In this document: positions 36,901 to 48,667 of the stretch, in pieces
Layout: each line of letters starts with the position of its first letter
How positions within the stretch are numbered: the stretch's first letter is position 1
Assembly (NCBI GenBank): GCA_002633005.1
Contig: NMRA01000017.1
Location: forward strand, 1,444,944 to 1,508,943
Direction: 5' to 3'
Length of the DNA: 64,000 nt
Origin: Phoronis australis
Taxonomy: Eukaryota > Animalia > Phoronida
Program-made: the position numbers and the translations under genes
Notes under the pieces: generated by a model
Told to the model about the DNA's origin: nothing
Seen by the model: only the letters and a program-made list of their open reading frames with translations
Databases searched by the model: none

Positions 36901-37340
36901 GATCATCCAAGACCGCGTGCGATCTGCCTTGATCATTGCCTGAGCAGTATGGAGCATTTTCAGACCAGCCACAGACTTCTCAAGATTGTCAATGATCTGC
37001 ACAATTGCGGCTGATTGTGGGGCACTTCAGACAGATGTTGACATTTTGCCTTGGGCTTCTAGTTTCCTTGTGTTTTTTTTAAGTAAGCAAATATACACTA
37101 GACACTTTTTGTTTCTTTTATGCAAGCCAATGCTTTGGATTAAATATTAAATATTAATGCAATGTTCATATCTTAAAGTATTTCAGTCAGAAATCAGTCA
37201 AATCTAAACGTTTTAAGATCATTCAATCAGAAACCAGTCATATCTAATCATACTTTCATTATAATTGATGAAGTGAAAATCAAGGATTCCTGTTCTTGAA
37301 TTTTAGCCACCAACTTGAATTTCATATCAAATAGATATAG
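33963..37340 (-). mobile_element. Decayed Academ-type DNA transposon (transposase fragment, XPG-like nuclease, Cys8 finger)
   Basis: Minus-strand fragments FAAAGHHNYLKSAYLY, MRSLKGTGGLTHG, FELSPHPESL, LDGGSFLHKLKW, VVFDGY, QAEGGAD, LLFLPSFTGCNAT..YGVGK, RVYYQV..W...PLDWGW, CNC...CNCRKNGLAC..C. Inverted subterminal sequence at ~34235-34295 vs ~37275-37333. Boundaries approximate. Confidence 0.75.
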
Positions 37341-37601
37341 AGATAAATCAACTACTGGAAAATCTACTCGCATTAGGCTAGGTTTCATCTGCATGACACT
37401 GTTGTGCTAAACATTTATGAGGGCAGATAGGCACACTTTGTTGGTTTGATATGGTGGTGTCTTATACAGATAAAGTGCCAAACCTGAATTAATCTTCTAC
37501 TGGGTCTTTCAGAGTTCCTGTACTGGTGGGCTTATTTATTTTACGTTACTTTACCAAAACATACACTTTTTAATCCGTTTCTGTTTGTATCAACATTGCA
37601 G

Positions 37602-37738
37602 CTGCAACAGGTATGAAGTGGATTCAGACCAAGATGAAGGAACTGGGTGTTCTGTCAAATCCAAACTACAAGATCTGCTTTATGATTGACAGTCTGGCCA
37701 TGATAACCATTCACTGTCCCAAGTATGGGTTGATAGAG
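37602..37738 (+). CDS. UBLCP1: UBLCP1 coding exon 6
   Basis: [46 protein letters not shown]. Confidence 0.97.
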
Positions 37739-39022
37739 GTGAGACATGATTAAGGTATTCCTCAACATTTGTGGATTTTTTCTAAAGTAAAATATTCACA
37801 TATTGCATAGAACTTGCATTAAAGAAAATTTCCTGCCAACATACACAAATATTGTACAAAATACATCTTTATTTTTCTTTACTACCCATAGGATGTCTGT
37901 AAACACACTACTTTCGTGCAAAATGTGCGAGTTATTTGGGACATCTTCAGTTGATTTAAATTGAGTCTAAAATCATTTTCAGGCCTTTAAAATTTCAACA
38001 GCTTTTAAATCGGCATTTTTCAACATTGATTTCTCAAAGTGCCAGAGTTGATTCAAATGATATTTTGTGACTTTATTTTGTGGCCTATGGACGAGGCAAC
38101 TATGTCTCAATTTTTTTTAATTTCCCTTAAAATAATGGAGGTATTGACTGTGAAAAATGACATTGTTTCAAAAAAGATGATAAAGATTCTGTTCTTTGAA
38201 TGAAAATAAAAATTTGAGACATGAATCCTTGCATGTTGACTGTAAGAATACATGACTCAAATATGAGGTGGCTCACACTTATAGATAGTTTCTTAGAAAT
38301 CAACATTTCAAGGACAATTTTCAGATAAAGTGGCGGTAACATGATTACAATGCTTGTGAGACATTTTAGGGCATAAAATAAGGTTGTTCAGTTACTGAGG
38401 ATTCCGAAATCTGAGGGTTGGTAACGCTATTTGAAACGTGAAAGGACTTCGCAAAGGTTGACAGTTATATGCTAGAGAAATAAATTACCAGAAACAGAAT
38501 ATTGGCCATGACATCATCAGGACCTAATTCCATGTTTATAGAGATGAGCACCCAATTGTATTGAGGATGATGTCCAAAATGCTGAGAATGAATACAGATG
38601 TAGGTGTAGGTGTATGAAAAATTCACTCTTTTCTTAAATTATTGAATAATTGTTGTGGTGTCTGTGGTCTCTGCAAACTTGGCAAAAATCTTTTTGATAA
38701 AGATTCTCGAAGCATGAGTCATCAGATTACGCTGAAATAAAATAAAGATGACCTGCAAATCATATAAGACCTTTCTAACTACCAACCGTAAGCACATGGC
38801 ATTCAGATGACTACACTTCATTATTATGTTGCATCTTTTCAAGGTTTTTGATTTTCAATGCCTTTGGTAGTTGTAAACATCAATATGTCATCATTGCAAA
38901 TCACACTCATGGATGTCTCGGGTCTTCAAAATTGAAGACTTTGTTATTAAGAGGTACTTCTTTCTATTGTTAATTAATTATAACTGAGTGTGTCAAAGGT
39001 TGATTGTTTTATTTTCTAAAAG

Positions 39023-39136
39023 GTCAAACCTCTTGGTGTTATCTGGGGAAAGTATGAGCAATGGAGTGCTAAGAACACTATTATGTTCGATGACATTCGA
39101 CGTAACTTCATCATGAATCCTCAGACAGGTCTCAAG
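39023..39136 (+). CDS. UBLCP1: UBLCP1 coding exon 7
   Basis: [38 protein letters not shown] (HAD motif IV DD). Confidence 0.97.
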
Positions 39137-40109
39137 GTAAGATATCAGCTGCTGATTCACCACCTGTCCATTCAGGAGCAAGGGCCTGAATCAGTGGTAC
39201 ACTAGAGTTTCTGAGGAGACATTTGTAAACTTCAATTATTCAAACCCACACATACTCTCTGAGCTTTTATGACAAAAAAAAGTACTCGACATCAAAAAAT
39301 TTTTTCTACCTCATGTTTACGTACTTGCTTTGTTCTTTCACATCTGGAGATGATTTGTCTTCAACTGTACTTTAGCTCTCAAGTGGTTTTGACACTGTTT
39401 CGTGTTGAGTACTTTTCAAATTTAAAAAGTATTGAATGACGATTCCTTTTGGAACCAAAGAACAGTTCCTTGATGTGGTAAGTGTACATAACAGCCGTTT
39501 CATCGATATCTCACGGACGTGTTCCACCACTGATTGCGCCCACTGTCAAAGAATAACATGATAAAAACAGTTTCGGGGATTCCCTAATGTCGGGTAACAG
39601 ATCTGAGTACACTGCAGGTAGATCAAATCCTGGATCTCTGTTAAGACTTAGTCTAGTTCTGTGGACTTCGATCTCAATACCTTCTCATACCCTGCCCTTC
39701 CACTTCACTGGGTGTAGACTTAAAAAGGAACTGTGTTTTATTCTGAACAAATTTTGGATAGTTTTCTATGAGTTTTTTATGAATTCCACAAATAATTCAA
39801 CATCAAAAAGTAAACTTATATTCTCACAAAAACTCAAAGAAATTACCCGCTTGGAGCGCTGCTTCTCGTGGCGTATTTGGTGGGGGCAAAGTCACTGTCC
39901 TGTGTTAGCTTGCAGTCAAGTGGCGTTCTTCATATTGTCGGAACGAGAAATTTTTGTGTGAAATGTCGGGTCACCAGGGATACCTGTTTGAGCCGAGGCA
40001 ACACAAAGTGATACCCAGTTGTCATAATCGTCAGACAAAAATTTGCTAGTGCAACCAGTCCCTATCAACAATTTACACTGGTGTGACTGTGCCGTGGGCA
40101 ATGTGGACT

Positions 40110-40805
40110 CTAGCCAGCCAGTCAGCCAGCTGTCAGCCAATACTCAGCTCTGACAAACTTGAAGGGTTGGTTGGTTACCGACTATAGCGCTGTATGAAGA
40201 CTATCGTACCACTGTGTGTTGAGCTCCGTAACCCCGAAATTTCACACAGCTGTTGACTACCCAGGTTTAGTTGACTTATGCTCGTCACCTTGTCGTAAAA
40301 CTTAGGCTACATCAACATGTAAAGCTAAGGGACCGGCGGGGGTGCCTGCAAAATCTGGTAGTCACCCGACACTGACCTTGTTTGTTGCAACTGTTCAAAT
40401 GGAAAACGATCAAATAAACGTCATTTTCTAGCATAATTTGCCGCCTTTTGTAACAAAGAAGTGTGTCGTCTGTTTCAACAACAGTACGCTCGTGACATAA
40501 AAATTTGAGACCTCTTTCGGGAGATGACAGCTTTGCAGCACCAAGGTTTGTTCTAAAAGTCATTTGCTGGCATAAAAGTACTAAAAACTTGTAAAAAAAT
40601 GAAACAAGTTCCGAAAATTTGGTGTGACATGTACGCAACCTAGGTGCCGGCAGCGAAGAACACTTGATAAAAGAATCAGGGAGAAAATAAACTGGTAATG
40701 GTCAGGTGAAGTAATCGCATAAAACCAACTCAAGAGAACGCATCACAATTTTAGCAGCACCCGATCGCTAACTTTTCCAACACGGTAAATACTGAAGTTA
40801 GTTTA
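40110..40805. repeat. Repeat family A copy
   Basis: Collinear with 17765-18445. Confidence 0.8.
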
Positions 40806-41689
40806 CTTTAGGAACCTGGTTCCTAGGTTTACTCAAGGATGAGAGTAGTTTAGTAACACTTTTGGGTCAGATTTTATTTGACCATTTTTTTACCCATATC
40901 AGCGCAAACCTGTAAGCATATATTTAGTATTCAGCTTTGGACCAAGGCTTGGGTAACCCAGCGATGGTTTGCGATGACCATTCCTTTAGAAGACACCTTT
41001 TTCGAAGAGTTGGAACAACTAGGTGTCATACAAAGAAGGCATGGCGAACCTTTTACATCCCTGTGGCAAACAATAAAAAATAAGGAGGATTCTCTTCAAA
41101 ATATGGCATAAACAATGAATGTGAAAAGCAGCCGATACCCCACCATTCACGTGACTGACACATCAGCCAATCAGCAATCGCTTTCAGGATTCAGTATTTT
41201 GACCATAAATACGAATTGGCTTTTGTTTTGCACGCAATTCGGGCAAATGTGAGTTTTATTTGTATGTTGGAACGGATTAACTGCAACATTATTTTGACTA
41301 CAGTCCAATTTTAAAGCCTGACTTCAACGGAATTTTGTTATAGATGTATTGGGCTAACCAGATAGTCCTAGCAAATCCTTAGTAAAATAAGAAAACGAGA
41401 GTTCAATCACACAAATGCAAGCCCGTCAAATAATGCCTTTTTGTGCCATGTTGTGAGATCCCAGCACAAATAACAAAAAAGGTTGTATTGAATAGGGCTC
41501 TGAATAGAACACCACTGCGTGCGGGTGTTATTCGCAGCTTTTTTAATTAAATGGTGATTCTCGCGGTGACGTAGACAACAGCAAGACAATACGCCTAACG
41601 GTGCGTTACATTTGGCAATTTATGGCACTTATACATTTTTATGGTGGGCTCTGAGTGATGCTCTCAACATACTGCAGGAACCAAATTTA

Positions 41690-42635
41690 CAGGACGGTGT
41701 TATTGTTCAAGATAGGCTTTGATATACTGATTGAAGTCCTCATTAGAGATCTGGTGAATGGTTTGCTCTTGGATAGCAGTAATAGGTCTAAGGTTGGGGT
41801 TACGATGATCCTTAATTCTGGTTGATAACTGGAGACCCATCTCACCGATATAGTTGTCAGTACACTCACCACACTTGTCTGCGTAGATCACATCACACCT
41901 CTCGAGGGGATGACACATCTTTCACTGATGGGAGGATGGACCGAATAGTGTTAAACGGTTTGTGAAAAAACTTGATGTTGTGTTTACGGTAGATAGTCTG
42001 AATCCTTTCGGAGACACCTCTGACAGAGGGAATATACACAGGGAAGTTGATGATTGGAGGATCAGGGGGGTCATTCTGTCGTGGTCATTCCTCGTTACGT
42101 ACATTGAACATCTAGTCACGATGTTCGTTGACATGCAATGCTTGTTTCACGTGACGCTCGTTTCAGCTTCACATCAAATCGCCATCTGTCTCACAAAAAA
42201 TCTGTAGTACGGACTCTACTCAACAGTGCCAAGATACTTGTTTCTGATGACAACGAAAGAGAAGCTGAGGTTCGTCACGTGAAACGAGCTTTGCTTTCCA
42301 CTGGATATCATGACTGGATGTTGTACATTATGAGGAACGACCACGACAGAGTGACCCCTCTGATCTTCTGATCATCAATTTCTCTGTGTGTATTCCCTAT
42401 GTTAGAGGCATCTCCGGAAGGATTCACACTATCTACCATAAACTCAACATCAAGTTGTTTCACAAACCGTTTAACACTATTCGGTCCATCCTCCCATCAG
42501 TGAAAGATGTGTCATCCCCTCGAGAGGTGTGATGTGATCTACGCATACAAGTGTGGTGAGTGTACTGACAACTATATCGGTGAGATGGGTCTCCAGTTAT
42601 CAACCAGCATGAGGGTCAAGGATCATCGCAACTCC
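41690..42635. mobile_element. Penelope-like element remnant with an inverted 3' duplication (GIY-YIG region on both strands)
   Basis: VIYADKCGECTDNYIGEMGLQLSTRIKDH (GIY-YIG) and FTSNRHLSHKKSVVRTLLNSA...ALLSTGY (PLE linker). 41818-42125 is the reverse complement of 42304-42607. Confidence 0.85.
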
Positions 42636-43689
42636 AACTAAAAAGGCTAAATTTAAGGTGTAGTGTAAGTGAGTAGCAAAAAATAAAAAAAACAGAACCA
42701 ATGATTGGTCTTGGCTTTTTGAAAATGTGGGTTTAAATTTGAAGTCATGTCCATAAGGAGAGCTCAGCATGAGTTCCGAGGTGCATTGTTTCAGTGAGGT
42801 ATGGCGGAAAGGTGGTTTCTTCCTAAGCTCAGGATATGGTGGGAGTAGGGCCAACTTTAATGCCTGTTTCAAACGACAAAATGATTGAAAATTTCAACCA
42901 CACAGACGGTGTCCAATGCCGTGAGTACACCTAAACACGTTGGTGACGCAGCAACTGAGCAATTGAGAGTAGGCGCTATAACACGTATTGTTGCGTTATT
43001 CATTCCGTTCTCTATAGGGCAATTATGATGGTGAAGGTATATTCATCACTTCTGATCTCCTGAAATTTAGCCACCAAACATTCAGTTGCCCTTTTGTCTA
43101 GTGCGCGGTTTCTTTGAAAATCTCGTCTGCATTGTCCTTATATCAGAAGCACCAATTTTGAGGAAAGGTAGACCTCAATGAACTTTATTTGCTTTAATTT
43201 GCTGATGCTATTGTTCAATTTCATTCATATTTAAGTCAAAAGAATCTCCCACCCCTTCTGTTTGGCTACACCACTTAAAAAAAATGTATGGGAAAATCAT
43301 ATAAAATACAAATTTAGGATGAAATAGAGTGGTTTTTGGACAAACCTGCTTATTAATGTAGCTATAAGCCATCTTTCATCCAAAAAAAGTGAACTTTTGA
43401 TTTAAATCGCTTTTGATTTAAAGTGACAACAGACAGTTGGTTATCCCCCAAGACCATGTTTGGCACATAAAATGACGCACCATTACAAGGCAACTTGTAG
43501 ACCCTGGTCTCAAGCAGAAACAAAAATGTTTTTTAGATGCCTAGAAATCACCTGCAATTTGACCAATTCCAAAACTAAGTGGTTTAAATCAATACGTGGT
43601 TTTGTGAAGGTAGGCGGTTATACAGCCTCTTGGAATGTTTGGCACCTCAGTTGTACAAATTGAAACTGAACATAGTTTGCTTATTTTAG

Positions 43690-43817
43690 ATCCGACCTTT
43701 TAAGAAGGCCCACTTTAACAGAGACAAAGACACAGAATTACTTCACTTGTCAAAATACTTGAAGGCAATCTCATCTGAAAAGGATTTCACTGAACTAAAC
43801 CACAAGAAGTGGGAAAA
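43690..43817 (+). CDS. UBLCP1: UBLCP1 coding exon 8
   Basis: [43 protein letters not shown]. Confidence 0.97.
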
Positions 43818-44306
43818 GTAAGTTATCTGCCTGGTTGTACTAGAATAGTGTTATTGGAGATTCAGGTAATGTTTTACATATTATTTGATACATGAATGCC
43901 ATAACAGTATAACCTTCTAGGTTTTGCTTTAAGTTCTCCCCATCTGTCGGAGCTATCTGATAAAGCGCCATGAGTTCATTTTCAGTAACCACAATTCCTT
44001 GAAGTCACTGACAGAAGCAACCCTTGAGCATACCAGAATTGAAAGCTCGGTCCACTTCAACATGCTTTTTGGTGTAACCTTCATGAGATTTATTGGAATA
44101 CATATATGAGATCTATAGGCCAACCACTGTTGTGCGTCCTTGTGGCGGTATCATTTTTGACACACATCTTTTTCTGTCCGACTGTTTTAGATTGACTGTT
44201 TACCCATCACTGTCAAAAATGGCATGTTAATGGTGCAGTGTTGGCTGCAATATGGTTTTATGATGTTGAGTGGCATAAAGGGATTTGCCTATTTTGTCTC
44301 ATTCAG

Positions 44307-44382
44307 GTATCGACCAGCCAAACGACAAAGATTAAGTGAGGAAGATGCTGATGTACATGAAAGCAATAGCAGAATTAGCTAA
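44307..44382 (+). CDS. UBLCP1: UBLCP1 coding exon 9 (last)
   Basis: Phase-2 acceptor attcAG; YRPAKRQRLSEEDADVHESNSRIS* with TAA at 44380-44382; AATAAA at 44573-44578. Confidence 0.85.
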
Positions 44383-46442
44383 CTAAAAAGCTTTAAATGG
44401 AAACCGCTACTTGTGTTTTTGTTGGATAACTCTTGCTGCGATGTTTACTTCCTAGACAAATCATTATGTATTGCTTTAGACTGGAGATTTGTTAAGTGCT
44501 CTTAGAACACATTAAATGTTATTTAGCCGGCTACCTTTGGCAGCCACTAAATATTAATGATTGCATCTCAACAATAAATCTCTCTTGTTGGCTCATTCTT
44601 ACAGTTTGTATTACATTTACACTGTTTACCATGAACATTAGGATACAGGTCAGTGCCCATTCTCTCTCTGCTCAAATCATTGTGTATGGTAGTGTTTAAA
44701 ATTGGTGCTTTTAGTGGCATAAAACTGCAAATTCAAAAGTGATTATACTGGTTTGAGAGGGTTTATTGCGCTAAAAGTATCAGGGAACAATGCAATTTGA
44801 CTGAAAAGGCAAAGACAATTGCCTAACACACAGATGAGTTAAAAATGCTGGAAACTATGGCTATGACATTCCCGAAAATGTCACCACTGCTGAGGACAGT
44901 GACAATCACATCAAGGCTATCACAAGGACATTGATGATGACAGATGTGAGCTTGAGATTAAACATTGAGTCATTGCAGGTGAAGGCTTATACAGTGCATG
45001 TCAATAGATGAGACAGTGTGGAATGATCAGTTGGTAAAAGGACAATCATCAGAATATCTTAATTACATCATTTTTTGGTTATTGTAAGATTAAAGAAACG
45101 GGCAATCGCCGCACAAATAAAAAGTTCATGTTCACTCAACCTTTCATCTATTCCTAAGCCATCATCAGGATAGTATATGCAATAAGACAGCAAGTGTTGA
45201 ATACCATTCAAGTAACGTCCATGTAGTGAAAAGTGAGTAGCAAGGGATACAGGGAATAGTAAGTAAGTCATATTAAGTATGATGGTGCCGCGACTATTTG
45301 AATATGCTATTTGCTTGAGGACTATTTCACGTCCATTTTAACTAAATATTCCTTAGTAGTGGCTAGTAGATCACCTTAGTCAAAAAAAGACAAATACATA
45401 GAGTGCATAACATTAATTCTTGTGGATGACCCCAAGATGGAATGGTGAGGCGTTCACCACTTTTGGGAACACCAAAAACAAAAAGAAGTGAATGTAACAA
45501 AAAGAATAGATAATTGACATCAGTGAGTAAGTAATACTGATATTTGAGAAATCATAGGAAATAAATTTTAAATAACACTAAAGGAGAACTTTGTGGCGAA
45601 CATTCTATTAATTCTTAAACCAACCAAGTTGGGCTGATACGATCTTGAAGTTTTGCCGAGCCGGCAAGTGGGAGAGTGGGACAATGAGCGCATGCACCAT
45701 TTTCAAATTCGCAATTTTAGGGTTGGGCAACCTCAATAAAGTTGACCCCTTAGTTTATTTTTCGTTTTTGCCTACTGGACACGGGAAATGATATGTTCTG
45801 CCTATACAATGCGTACATGTACACAGTTGCGTGAACACCTGCAATGCATATAGACGTATACAGTGGAGCTTACTTGTGCTGGATAACGGAATATCACTGT
45901 TAATGTCCTCAAATCTCCAAAGGTGGATCATTCCCCATTGAACCCATAACCCGCATGTCATGACTTATTGTTCCCCAGATAGTATCATTCAAAAATTAGA
46001 AACAGGAACTATAGCGACACCTGTATCATCTGCATTCCGTCAAATTATGTTGCACTCTAAAAAAAGTCATTCGTGTAAATGATACGTGACAAGGTGCCTA
46101 CGATGAACATGTGTGGAACAGTTGTTGAACCCGCCGGAACGAAAATGATCGAGTGATGCAGGCTACTAAGCCTGAGAATGATCATTAAGCTTATCTTAGA
46201 CAAGTTTTCGAATATATTGAGAAACGGGATCAGATAGAAATGGGTGTAAGTATCGACTGGAGTAAGGATCATCTTTTTTATGGGTACACATAAATATATG
46301 TGGGTGCAATTGCCGTCTGTCCCGGCGACCGTGTCCGCTGAAGTAACTCCTAAAAGGTTTGTAGGATATTGTTCAAATTTGGCGGATGTGTTCCTATGAA
46401 GATGGTCATATGATGACCCGACTACAGCGGCCTCCTTAGTCG

Positions 46443-46698
46443 ATGAGCGCTCCCAGCCTAAAATATAGGGGGGCTCGAATCTTTCTATGTGCGGATCGAC
46501 CTTTCACTGAAAGAAATGAACGAGGAGTAAAAAGAAAGAAAAATGGCCACTTTAGGTTCACGTCCACGAATTTTATATCTGCGCCGACTTCCCGTGGATT
46601 TTGTGCACTTTCGTCTCGTTTACTCGGACTTTTTTGTTTCACTGAGGTGAACCTTTTTGCCCAATTCTCCAAATTGGGAACCCCCGGGTGCGTCCATT
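46443..46698. mobile_element. MITE copy, inverted relative to 47927-48146
   Basis: Reverse-complement similarity (gggggctcgaatcttt; ctcggactttttgtttc.ctgagg). Confidence 0.7.
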
Positions 46699-47926
46699 CT
46701 TAGTGCGAGTAACCTTTGTTTTTAAGTTTGCCTATGTATCTTCGGAGTTCCTTGATGAGAGTTTTCATGAAATTTGGCAAATGGGAAACGACGATGCCAT
46801 TTCATTTTCCGACGGCCATTACATCACATTGTGTCCCTTTTTGTTATTTTCAGTCCGTTTTCTCAGTGGCATCCCCCTGATCTCTACATGTATATGCCAA
46901 GCCGCTCAAAAGGATCATGAAAATTAGTTGCAGGTACGGGTACGTACTGAGTAGATATGTTCCGAATCATTGACGATAAGACTGTGGCTGACGTTGATAG
47001 TTTCGGACGGGTCCCAGTACTCTGCTTCTCACTATATAGTGGCATTTTTTGCATCCAAGGCTGCATCTCCTTAAGTATTTGAACTGGGATCTTTGTGAAA
47101 TTCGGCAGCTTTGGAGCAATCGAACTATAGCTGTGCCCCCTAAAATATTTATAGTGGCAATTTTTATCTTTTTACGTTTACCTCTGTAGCATGACTTAGT
47201 GAAATTTGGCAAATAGGTTTCCATTTTCGAACGGATTTGGTGTATTTTGCACCTCCTAGTGGTCATGTTTATTATTTCAAATTCGTCTTTGGCGCCGCCA
47301 ATTACTATCCGTCAAATTCAGTAGCCTAGTTCAAAGGATCGAAACTTAGTGGTTGCGAATCCTAATGACTGAGAAGGCCATAACTGACGCTGATTTTCGG
47401 ATAGGTGCAACAACTGTGACGTGCCCTTATGGTGATTTTATTTTTTGTGACTATGGTTGTAGCTATAGACATCTGTCTAATGCCTCAGCCCTTGATTCAT
47501 TTGCAGGACTAGTCCTTTGAGTCTGTAGGCCGACAGCCACAGCCCACGACGTTTTAGCCGTCTTTGACTACCGCTGTGTCACCTACTAGTGGCAGTTTTA
47601 GTTCTTAAGTTTGACTCTGTATCTTCAGAGGTCCTTGAATTCATTCACTAAATTGTTAGGCAAGTTTCTGTTATAAGAACTGCAACACCGTTTTCATTTT
47701 GGGATGAATGCGAGTTCTGTGTTCTCTGCTTCTGCATGTGCAAAACTACCCAGAGAATCGTTGTAAAAAATGGCATATTTGTTAGCACTTACGAGAGCGC
47801 GACTGCTGCTTCTAGTGAACACCTTGCGAGATCACAATATAGTATATTCCTATTGACTTGACAAGGACGGATTCGACTACTGTGCCTCCTAGTAGGGGGC
47901 CTATTTGTTTTTTACGTTTGCCTCTG

Positions 47927-48146
47927 CATGCAAGCACCCAGGGGGGGGCTCGAACGAGCCCCCCATTTGGCGAAGTGGGTAAAAAGGTCCGCCTCAGAGA
48001 AACAAAAAGTCCGAGAAAACAAGACTAAAGTCCACTAAAAAGGCGCCGACGCACAGTTTTTTTAGTCCTCCCGCTTTTTTGTTAGCAAAAGATCCACTTT
48101 GTCAAAGATTCGAGCCCCCCCATATTAAAGGCTGGGTAAGCGCATG
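47927..48146. mobile_element. 220-bp MITE with CATG termini and a 5-bp TSD
   Basis: catgcaagcacccag...ctgggtaagcgcatg; CTCTG duplicated at 47922-47926 and 48147-48151. Confidence 0.8.
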
Positions 48147-48667
48147 CTCTGTATCGTTGGTGTTCCTTTACACCTTCCCAATTTCGGACGGAATCTAATG
48201 ACCATTTTTAAATTATGATACTAAAAATACCCCTAGAACCACACCGCTTGCAGTGCGGTCCTTGATGCACTTCATCGCTCCACGTTGCTCTCACGCTGAA
48301 TACCAAAGTTAGCGGTTTTCATGTTCTCGGGGAAACTGGTTGGCGAAATGTATTTAATTGAATAACGCAGTGTTCTCAGGTACCCGGTGATGAAGGGTAA
48401 ACCGCTGTCGTCTTGAGCTGAAATCAAAGGAGGTTTTCCAGCGAGATTATCTTTTTTCGCAGTATGTCATCGTGGCCGCAAATAGCCTTAGCGAGAAAAG
48501 AATTTATATTTTTTCTGATTACATTGGAAGACACTAGTTGATGGTAACTGCTAGTTTTCCGTTGAGCCACTCTTTAAACGTATAAATTAGACGAACCCAT
48601 AAGAAAATATTCAGTAGGATCCAAAAGGATCCTATAGGATTCCTATAGGATCAAGATTTCCTATAGG

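Larger units (their letters stand above)
46274..48265 (+). mobile_element. Helentron/HINE-like non-autonomous element with degenerate internal tandem repeats
   Basis: T-run start, ccgtctgtcc microsatellite seed, recurring tttaagtttg.ctctgtatc and aaatttggc units (~46720, 47172, 47608, 47911), and a 3' hairpin accgc...gcggt (48243-48259). Confidence 0.5.

Noticed and set aside
42244-42258. Hammerhead ribozyme core (ctgatga...gaaa) in the Penelope relic
   Set aside because: No stem II can form and the sequence lies in coding frame (SDDNER).
42654-43277. Kolobok-like MITE between TTAA sites
   Set aside because: Terminal match is limited to ggtgtag, which is insufficient support.
45130-45172. 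Minus-strand hammerhead-like motif (ctgatgatggcttagg...gaaa)
   Set aside because: Too degenerate; stems II and III are unsupported.
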